Assembly: GCA_036381175.1 (NCBI GenBank)
Contig: DASVDI010000005.1
Location: 129 to 64,128 of the forward strand
Source of the DNA: Gammaproteobacteria bacterium
Lineage (GTDB): Bacteria; Pseudomonadota; Gammaproteobacteria; Natronospirales; JAJUFS01
DNA: 64,000 bases
Direction of reading: 5' to 3'
Part shown: in pieces, positions 57,339-63,837 of the stretch
How the letters are laid out: every line of letters starts with the position of its first letter
How positions within the stretch are numbered: the first letter of the stretch is position 1
Made by a program: the position numbers and the translations under genes
Notes under the pieces: generated by a model
What the model was told of the DNA's origin: nothing
Seen by the model: the letters and a program-made list of their open reading frames with translations, nothing else
Database searches by the model: none

Positions 57339-57848
57339 ATGAAGCTTCTGATCACAGCGTTCACACTTGCATTACTCGCGACCGCGGCGACAGGTGGTAA
57401 CTACGTCCATCCCGCGCTCAAGAAGGCGATGACTCAGGCACGAGCTGATGGCATCAGTTACGGAAAGGTTACGCTTGAGCTTCGCTACGATGAAGTATGT
57501 GAGACGCAGTTGGTGAAAATTCACGAATCGGTGCCCGCCGGATACTTCGATGAAGCGGTTGTCACAGCGCTTACAGATCCAGATCACGGCTGGTATTCCT
57601 ATAGGCGGGAAGTTCCTGCAGACACCGCTATCCTGAACAAAATTCCGATCAGCGCGTATATACGATCGATCCGGCTGCAAGATGGCAGATGGGGACACTG
57701 CTTAATCGACAAGGGCGTCAGGCTGCGGGCATGGAAAACGGACGAAAACGTTTCGCACGAATCAAACTGGAGCAATGACGACACGCTCGATCCTGATTCA
57801 CTTCCGACGTTTACCGTGCCGTTCGAAATCAATCTCCAGGATGAGTAG
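57339..57848 (+). CDS. Exported protein with a TonB-C-like segment
   Basis: The signal peptide is MKLLITAFTLALLATAATG. GKVTLELRYDEVCETQLVKIHESVPAGYFDEAVVTAL resembles a TonB_C fold motif; this is a weak, by-eye call. Confidence 0.5.
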   Translation: MKLLITAFTLALLATAATGGNYVHPALKKAMTQARADGISYGKVTLELRYDEVCETQLVKIHESVPAGYFDEAVVTALTDPDHGWYSYRREVPADTAILNKIPISAYIRSIRLQDGRWGHCLIDKGVRLRAWKTDENVSHESNWSNDDTLDPDSLPTFTVPFEINLQDE

Positions 57849-57957
57849 CGGTAGAACATTCTCGACGCTGTCTTGAGATCCAGAGATCTGCCAAGCGCAA
57901 GACGCGATCCTAAATGTTCCTGAGGGGATGATTGTTTGATGAGGGAGGATTGAGAAT

Positions 57958-57984
57958 GGCGGCCAGAGGCCGCCTTTGGTGTTT
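57958..57984 (+). terminator. Rho-independent terminator
   Basis: GGCGGCCAGAGGCCGCC followed by TTTGGTGTTT. Confidence 0.65.
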
Positions 57985-58048
57985 CAATGTGAGATGAGCG
58001 CCTTAGGGCTGCAGGAAGTATTAAAGGTAGCAAAACGGGAATATACAC

Positions 58049-58485
58049 ATGCGCCTGATCCACTACATTATTTTTTTTTGACCTTGTTCATTTGCGTACC
58101 AGTGCACGCGAACGATGGTTCTTCACACACCCCCGAAGTGGCTAACGATTTGTATTACTGCGGAATAATTTCTGAGTTTTACGGAACGGTAAGCGACGAG
58201 CAGTTGTCCTCCCAATGGCAGGCCAGCAAAGACTCTTTTTTCCGTCTTGCGCACCTCCTGAGCGACCATCCGGACAGCCTTCTTACGAATGCAGTAGTGG
58301 ACCGGTTTCGCGATTTTGTGAACCGTCTCGATCAAGAAGAGATGGACGACCGTGCCATTAAGAACGAACTATCCGTGCAGTACGCGAGATGCGTAAAGCT
58401 CGTAGACGCTCTCCACGGCGAATTTCGGGAACGGGTCTTTCAGGCGGAAAGAACTATTCTGGAGCTTGCGCAAACAACGCGATAG
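58049..58485 (+). pseudogene. Exported hypothetical protein gene whose ATG and n-region are out of frame with the body at a T9 tract (58071-58079)
   Basis: ATG 58049 reads MRLIHYIIFF then TGA. One extra T would give MRLIHYIIFFLTLFICVPVHA|NDG.., continuous with track ORF 57976..58485. Confidence 0.55.
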
Positions 58486-58515
58486 CCGCGGCTCTCGGCA
58501 CAATGCCGCGCCACT

Positions 58516-58627
58516 GGTACCTGGAGATCAAAGACGCCCTCACCCGCTGCGCAGAGCTTTACTCGGCGGCGCTAGCCAGATGGATGTCGGCACACGTAGA
58601 TGAATGTTTGATGAGGGAGGAATGAAA
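58516..58627. repeat. About 112-bp orphan copy of the 3' end of the 59696..59947 gene (the intact copy spans 59838-59949)
   Basis: GGTACCTGGAGATCAAAGACGCCCTCACCCGC..GATGAATGTTTGATGAGGGAGGAATGA versus GGTACCTGGAAATCAACGGCGCCCTCACCCGC..GATGAATGCTTGATGAGGGAGGAATGA. Confidence 0.8.
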
Positions 58628-58760
58628 AATGCGGCCGGAAGTGGCACTTGATGCTGTTATTCAACGGGAAGCCTCTTGCCCCTGCTGTTAACCTCGACAG
58701 CGTTTAGGGTCAAGTCTTGTGCTTTGAATTTCAATGCCATGCAAAGCGCAAGACTTGACC

Positions 58761-59333
58761 CTATGACTTCAGTAAAGCAGCAGCGGCGAGTAACGAGTCG
58801 TAGACCGCGACCAGTTTTCCAGCGTCGCTATCTGGATCAGGGCTCCAGGTCCTCGCACCACCATCAAACCCTCTTTCTATGCAGATAGCCGAAAAATGGT
58901 ACGCCTCGCCATCCAGTCCCATGCTCGAATGGTCAAAGCTTGCTTCCGCCATCGCGCTACAGGTGTATCTCTCAAGGTCCTTGTAGAAGGAATAAGAAAC
59001 ATCAACGTCAACAGAACTGGCAGTTGGATGAATACCTTCTTGATATGTACCGTCGCTGAACGACTCCCACACTTGCGCATCCAGCGTCGCCACGCGAAGG
59101 ATCGCTCGTTCTCTGTCGGCCAACACCGTTACCGCGTACTCCTTCTGGAACGAAGGTAGCGCCATCATCTGCAGCCTCGGCGCTCCTTGAATCGCGGGCT
59201 GAAAAGTTTTCAGTAATGCAATTCGATAGTCGGCAAGGAACAGATCGTATGGAGATCGATCGGGAACCAATCCGCCTGCGTGAAGCGGGGACATACCTAT
59301 CACCACTAGCACTATGAGAATTAGGCGCGTCAT
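58761..59333 (-). CDS. Exported hypothetical protein (module 2 cargo)
   Basis: ATG 59333 gives MTRLILIVLVVIGMSPLHAGG, a signal peptide. ATGA overlap with the XRE gene stop. The longer track ORF, running to 59627, overlaps the XRE gene. Confidence 0.6.
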   Translation of the reverse strand: MTRLILIVLVVIGMSPLHAGGLVPDRSPYDLFLADYRIALLKTFQPAIQGAPRLQMMALPSFQKEYAVTVLADRERAILRVATLDAQVWESFSDGTYQEGIHPTASSVDVDVSYSFYKDLERYTCSAMAEASFDHSSMGLDGEAYHFSAICIERGFDGGARTWSPDPDSDAGKLVAVYDSLLAAAALLKS

Positions 59334-59593
59334 AGACCTGCCGCCTTGAAAAGTTCCGCTGCCGAAATCTTCAGCGCTTTGCAAAGCTTCGCGATGTTCT
59401 TGAGTGCGAGGTTGCGTTCGCCGCGTTCGACGCCGCCGACGTAAGCCACATGGAGTCCGGCGAGATGCGCAAGGTCTTCCTGCGAGAGGTCGAGTTTTTT
59501 GCGGCGGGCCTGAATGGCGTGGCCGAGGGCTTCGAATACGGCCTGATCCTGCGGATCGATCTTTGCCTTGGCCTTGGTCTTTTTCTTCTTCAT
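59330..59593 (-). CDS. XRE-family HTH regulator (controller-protein-like), module 2
   Basis: LSQEDLAHLAGLHVAYVGGVERGERNLALKNIAKLCKALKISAAELFKAAGL. It is clearly paralogous to the module-1 regulator. Confidence 0.85.
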   Translation of the reverse strand: MKKKKTKAKAKIDPQDQAVFEALGHAIQARRKKLDLSQEDLAHLAGLHVAYVGGVERGERNLALKNIAKLCKALKISAAELFKAAGL

Positions 59594-59628
59594 GGGCAGT
59601 AATTTGCCCCTGCCCCGCTTGATTCAAC

Positions 59629-59646
59629 CAATACTTATGAGTATTG
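59629..59646. promoter_or_regulatory. Palindrome in the divergent promoter region of module 2 (candidate operator); a further half-site AGTATTG lies at 59665-59671
   Basis: CAATACTTATGAGTATTG, read directly from the sequence. Confidence 0.35.
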
Positions 59647-59695
59647 TAAAGATAACTACTTAAAAGTATTGACGAAATTTCTGGAGGAGAACGTC

Positions 59696-59947
59696 ATGGA
59701 AGACATCCGCAAGCTGCTGAGCGACCACGATGCCGAGATCGCGCCGGAATCACTGGCCTACATATTACGTGGGCTGAACGCGGCGATCGCCGACCAGCTC
59801 GCCGACTGCCAGCCGGACGATCCGGCAGAACGCCGCCGGTACCTGGAAATCAACGGCGCCCTCACCCGCAGCGCTGAACTGTACTCCGCGGCGCTAGCTC
59901 GATGGATATCGGGGCACGTGGATGAATGCTTGATGAGGGAGGAATGA
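59696..59947 (+). CDS. Small helical hypothetical protein (83 aa), divergent from the module-2 XRE gene
   Basis: GGAGGAG RBS before ATG 59696. The C-terminus ..AELYSAALARWISGHVDECLMREE recurs as orphan fragments upstream. Confidence 0.6.
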   Translation: MEDIRKLLSDHDAEIAPESLAYILRGLNAAIADQLADCQPDDPAERRRYLEINGALTRSAELYSAALARWISGHVDECLMREE

Positions 59948-60783
59948 GAAAGGTGGTCAAACCTTCCGTCGATGCTGTAGTGCGAAGAATTATCGGCTCG
60001 ATGCCGAAATGTGAGACCGAGATCCGCAGAACTCGAGTACCGAACACGGTGAGAGTGGCAACCACGGCTGATTGCGGCCAGAATACCGCGCCATCTACTT
60101 TATCCATTTACTCCATGACACGATTTTCTACAGAGTCAGACTTGGTGCTGCTAGCCGCGGACCTACTGGTACGTCCACCGGGGTCAAGACTTCCATTCCT
60201 TGTATATCGAGAAGTGCCAACTCCCAACGGCTCAACAGACTTGGCTGCCGCTCGTTTTCGAAAAGACTTGAACGCTAACTTGGCAGCGCTTCCTGCTCGC
60301 TGGGCCTACGCGGCCTCGTCGATCCCTGTTCGAAAAACGTTTTCTATCGCTTGGTTTGCAAATATTGCTGGGACGAGTCGATCACGCGCATCCGCCGTGA
60401 TCACTACCCTAGTTGATTGCGGATTAGTCCAACCTTTCGAGTTAAATGGCACAACATCGTTCGTGAAAATAGAACCGATTCGACTTCCCGCAACACGAAT
60501 CTTCGCATTCGAAGCGAAGTTGAGAGATTGGAGAAAGGCATTAAGGCAAGCGCACAATAATCTTCGATATGCCGACAAGTCGTGGGTGATCATGGACGAG
60601 TCGCATTCGGGGCCAGCTTTGAAAAACAAGAAACTATTCCGACAAGAGAAAGTCGGTCTCATCACCGTTTCTACGGATGGAAGAATGAAAGAAGAGGTGC
60701 GCGCCATCACGACAGGTCTAATGAATCCTTGGCACCGATGGGAAGTTGCGTGGCGGCTTTGGCAAACCTATATTAGCCCATAA
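59944..60783 (+). CDS. Hypothetical protein with a PD-(D/E)xK-nuclease-like motif pair and an inserted wHTH-like segment
   Basis: ATG 59944 overlaps the upstream TGA (ATGA) behind a GGGAGG RBS. Candidate motifs are NGSTDLAAARF (D) and RIFAFEAKLRDWRKALRQA (ExK). An alternative start is ATG 60115. Confidence 0.5.
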   Translation: MRKVVKPSVDAVVRRIIGSMPKCETEIRRTRVPNTVRVATTADCGQNTAPSTLSIYSMTRFSTESDLVLLAADLLVRPPGSRLPFLVYREVPTPNGSTDLAAARFRKDLNANLAALPARWAYAASSIPVRKTFSIAWFANIAGTSRSRASAVITTLVDCGLVQPFELNGTTSFVKIEPIRLPATRIFAFEAKLRDWRKALRQAHNNLRYADKSWVIMDESHSGPALKNKKLFRQEKVGLITVSTDGRMKEEVRAITTGLMNPWHRWEVAWRLWQTYISP

Positions 60784-61945
60784 ACTCTAGCGCCTCCTTC
60801 CAAGCTTGCAGATGCGCGTCAGAGCCAGGCGCATCTAACCTGATTTTTTTTGCATCCAATTTCGAATAAGCCACCCGAGCCTTTTCAACCATCTCACCAA
60901 GCCTTTCGATCTTTTCACCCTTGCCCAATTCTTGGAGCTCCTGCAACTGGCGAAAAAAAACGATGAAATAGTGTTTATAAAGCATGGGTTGATTAAACGT
61001 GGGTTCAACCATTGCATCAAGAGCTTGATTTCCGTATTCCGTCTCAACGTATATGTCTTTCCAAAGGCCTGGAAGCTGCTTTGAAATTTCTTTCGCACTA
61101 TCGAGTCGTATCCAATTCAACAAACCAGGAACGTAGAGCCTCGCCTTCGGCCCCCGCCTTTCCTCCGCTAACGATAGGAACTTGTCCACCGAGAAAATTC
61201 GAGTATTCTCAAAAGCTCCAGTTGCAATTCCTCGAGGCTCAAGCACGGAATATAACAACGCCTCGGTATTTAAGTAGCCCAATACTAATTCGAGATCCGC
61301 ACCTTTGATCTCTTCGCAAAATCTATAGAAATTAATGATGTCGGTTCCAGATGTAATCTGTTTTAGGTCGCGCTTTATATCTGGTATCAAATAGATACCG
61401 TCAATTTCTTCATAGCTTGTTACCCAATTCAATAAATACTCGCGATATTTTTGCGACTCGAGCATCGACGAAGTCACCACCAATGTCAGAAACACCGGAA
61501 CGTCCACACCGATGGAGTTTATGGCAGCTAGAAACGGCTTTACTGTAAAGGCATCCAGTCGGTCGGTTAGATCAGGCCAAAGTTGATCATGATAGCGAAC
61601 AGGAATGACGATGCCCTCGAAACCCTTGTCCACTTGAAATTGGACACAACGTTTCGCGCATTCCATAGCAACGGCTGAAAAACTCGTTGTATCAAATCCC
61701 CCGCCGCCTGAGATCGTCTCCGGGAAAAAATCATAGGAGTGCAATTTCTTCTTTGAAGACCTCGGCAAATAGAACTGCGGGTCAAAGTAGGATTTCGTTA
61801 ATAGTTCAGCTGGAAGTTTTTCGACCTGATGTAAAGCGTAGTGAACCGGGCTGAGGATAAGACCATCGCCACTCTTGTCGTCCTGAATAGACTCTTTGTT
61901 CCAGTTTGTATAGTGACCACACTGGTGCAGGATCTTATAAGACAT
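60773..61945 (-). CDS. Hypothetical protein orf390 (alternating beta/alpha pattern, possibly TIM-barrel-like), last gene of the kinase operon
   Basis: The ATG lies 1 nt after the kinase TAA. Candidate strands: GLILSP, SYFDPQFY, GIVIPVRY, VFLTLVV, GIYLIPD, ELVLGYL, GIATGAF, RLYVPGL. No family recognised. Confidence 0.6.
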   Translation of the reverse strand: MSYKILHQCGHYTNWNKESIQDDKSGDGLILSPVHYALHQVEKLPAELLTKSYFDPQFYLPRSSKKKLHSYDFFPETISGGGGFDTTSFSAVAMECAKRCVQFQVDKGFEGIVIPVRYHDQLWPDLTDRLDAFTVKPFLAAINSIGVDVPVFLTLVVTSSMLESQKYREYLLNWVTSYEEIDGIYLIPDIKRDLKQITSGTDIINFYRFCEEIKGADLELVLGYLNTEALLYSVLEPRGIATGAFENTRIFSVDKFLSLAEERRGPKARLYVPGLLNWIRLDSAKEISKQLPGLWKDIYVETEYGNQALDAMVEPTFNQPMLYKHYFIVFFRQLQELQELGKGEKIERLGEMVEKARVAYSKLDAKKIRLDAPGSDAHLQAWKEALEFMG

Positions 61946-61946
61946 C

Positions 61947-62933
61947 TTATTTCAGCTCCTTCCGAAGAGTAGCAATAGAATCGCGCAGATCATTGCGGCG
62001 CCGGACGCGTCGAAATGGTTGCTTCTCTAGCATTCTGTGGATCAACTGCGACAGGTCATTGGATATTCCAAATGTTTCTTCAAGATTTGGAAGATCTTCA
62101 TTTGTAACAGCGACCAGCTTGTCGTCAATGCTCTTCTTGCCGGTTACGAACGGATTACTTCCCGAAAGCATTTCGTATGCAATTATGCCGATACAGAATT
62201 GATCACTCTTATGCGTAATGTTTGCCTTATCATTCGTTGCCTGTTCCGGACTGCAGTATCCGGGCGTACACGGACCCCAAGGAGAGAATGTCGCTGTCTT
62301 TCCTTTTTCACCTTCGAGGCGAACAATCCCAAGATCAATAATCGCCACGCCACCATCGTCTCGGATCAGTATATTCGGCGGCTTAAGGTCTCTGTGGACA
62401 AGACCCTTGCCCCACAACACCTCCATGGCTTCCACCACGTCGGCCATGAAGTCAATCACCTTGGCTTCAGTGTCGAACTCTTTTAAGCATTCCGACAGCG
62501 GCCTCGACGGAATTTTTTCCTCGATCGTAACTAAGTATCGAATCGGTAGCGTTTCGCCGGTTTCGGGATGCTCATGGAATATTCTCGCAAAATACAGAGT
62601 TGGAAACGCTGTTGAATCGATTGATGCAAGGAAGCCAATTTCGCGCTCAAGATAAGAAAGAGATGCCGCATCGATGTCCGCACTTATTTTCAGCACGACC
62701 TCGCCAGCAGGTATTGCAAGGAAGTCGTTTAGCGCTTCTAGGGTGTCGAGGTCTTCGTCACCCTCCGCAGATTCCTCCTCCTCATCCGTTTCCGTGGCTG
62801 GCTTCTCCGCTGGTTGGTAGTTGCAGAAGTAAACAACACGTTGACCAGATGCAGAAGCGACTTCTTCTATTGCAACGCCCGGTACAAATGCTGCTGCGAG
62901 CTCACGAAGCGCGTTGCTGTCTGTTAATGGCAC
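61947..62933 (-). CDS. Hanks-type Ser/Thr protein kinase (atypical N-lobe with an acidic insert)
   Basis: Motifs: GLVHRDLKPPNILI (catalytic loop), IIDLGIVRL (DFG-equivalent), GYCSPEQ (APE-equivalent) and VVLKISAD (candidate VAIK Lys). Start set at GTG 62933 (AAGGA RBS) because the track ORF start at 63044 runs into the tRNA-like gene. Confidence 0.75.
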   Translation of the reverse strand: MPLTDSNALRELAAAFVPGVAIEEVASASGQRVVYFCNYQPAEKPATETDEEEESAEGDEDLDTLEALNDFLAIPAGEVVLKISADIDAASLSYLEREIGFLASIDSTAFPTLYFARIFHEHPETGETLPIRYLVTIEEKIPSRPLSECLKEFDTEAKVIDFMADVVEAMEVLWGKGLVHRDLKPPNILIRDDGGVAIIDLGIVRLEGEKGKTATFSPWGPCTPGYCSPEQATNDKANITHKSDQFCIGIIAYEMLSGSNPFVTGKKSIDDKLVAVTNEDLPNLEETFGISNDLSQLIHRMLEKQPFRRVRRRNDLRDSIATLRKELK

Positions 62934-62969
62934 GGTCAGTTCCTTGTTCGGTTCTTTATCAGCCGGAAA

Positions 62970-63084
62970 TGGGAACGGTGGCGGGACTTGAACCCGCATC
63001 CTCCTTGCCCATATCCTTATTTCCGTGACGAAATTGAAGGACATGTAGAAGACAAGGTGCTCTATCCGATTGAGCTACACCGCC
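62970..63084 (-). tRNA. tRNA-Arg(UCU)-like gene carrying a 36-nt self-complementary insertion at anticodon-loop position 37/38; function unknown
   Basis: Folded by hand on the minus strand.
- Acceptor stem: GGCGGTG / CACCGTT
- U8
- D arm: GCTC-AATCGGATA-GAGC (G18 G19 A20)
- Anticodon stem: CCTTGT / GCAAGG
- Anticodon loop: CTTCTA + [CATGTCCTTCAATTTCGTCACGGAAATAAGGATATG] + G
- Variable loop: AGGAT
- T arm: GCGGG-TTCAAGT-CCCGC
- Discriminator C and an encoded CCA. Confidence 0.6.
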
Positions 63085-63085
63085 G

Positions 63086-63646
63086 TCAACTCACTGCAAC
63101 TCGCTGCACGTCTTTGGCCCCGATCTCGATCGCTCTCTGTATCAGAGCGACATACTTCTTGCTCTGGAACCCTGGACGACCTTCCGATTTCAGTCTTTCG
63201 ATCACAAGATACGGGTTGAGCAACAGGACATAATTAAACTCGCCCGAAGCCCCCTCCGTCGCCTTGATGAAGCCCAACACGACCAACTGGCGCATTCTTT
63301 CTATCCATGTGCGTTCAGCACGCTGTCCTGCAAAACCTGATTCAAAGGCCAACTCTCTTGGGTTGGTGATCGTAATAAACCCTTCGTCCCAAACTCGGCA
63401 CCACAGGGAGAGATAACACCGAGAGACGGGCTTGCCATTCGTCAGGTCATCCATGATTTCCATCATCAATGGCAGCGTTCGAGGGAGCGTTGTGTATCCA
63501 TCAGATACCTTCCTGTTCCACAGGGCCTCGGCAGTCACTTCAGGCCAAAGTGACGCCCGAAGTTCCAGTCTTTTTTGAGTCATTTTTGCGCTGCGGCTGG
63601 CCTTCATACTCTTCTTCAACTCCGAAATTCTTGTCACCCGAGACAA
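63086..63646 (-). CDS. Hypothetical protein orf186, first gene of the kinase operon
   Basis: The stop TGA at 63088-63086 lies 1 nt before the tRNA-like 5' end at 63084. The start is uncertain (TTG 63646, ATG 63607 or ATG 63583). It contains 6 AGA codons. No family recognised. Confidence 0.55.
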   Translation of the reverse strand: MSRVTRISELKKSMKASRSAKMTQKRLELRASLWPEVTAEALWNRKVSDGYTTLPRTLPLMMEIMDDLTNGKPVSRCYLSLWCRVWDEGFITITNPRELAFESGFAGQRAERTWIERMRQLVVLGFIKATEGASGEFNYVLLLNPYLVIERLKSEGRPGFQSKKYVALIQRAIEIGAKDVQRVAVS

Positions 63647-63837
63647 TGTCTATTATTGCAATTTTTCTTTATAAATCAACGGCTTATGTGTGTCGGCCTG
63701 CGCGTCGTATTCGCAAAAACACCCCACTCAACATGCTGGGCACGCCCCAATCGTGACTCCAACATAGTGAGTACGACATTTTTGTGCAAAAAAAAACGCG
63801 TAATTCATTGTTTATCAAAGGAAATAAAAAATAACCG

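Noticed and set aside
58761-59627. The 288-aa version of the module-2 cargo ORF.
   Set aside because: Its N-terminal 98 codons overlap the XRE gene in another frame and are Arg/Pro-rich. The internal ATG 59333 gives a classical signal peptide and an ATGA overlap with the XRE stop.
61947-63044. The full-length track ORF for the kinase (365 aa, start at 63044).
   Set aside because: Its first 37 codons run across the tRNA-like gene (62970-63084). A GTG with an AAGGA RBS at 62933 gives a clean, non-overlapping start.
62970-63084. The tRNA-like gene as the attachment site of a tRNA-integrated island.
   Set aside because: - No integrase lies next to its 3' end.
- I could not find, by eye, a direct repeat of the 3' half (..GCGGGTTCAAGTCCCGCCACC..) elsewhere in the window.
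- Low-G+C operon genes abut it on both sides, at 1 nt and 36 nt.

This cannot be fully excluded without a computed repeat search.
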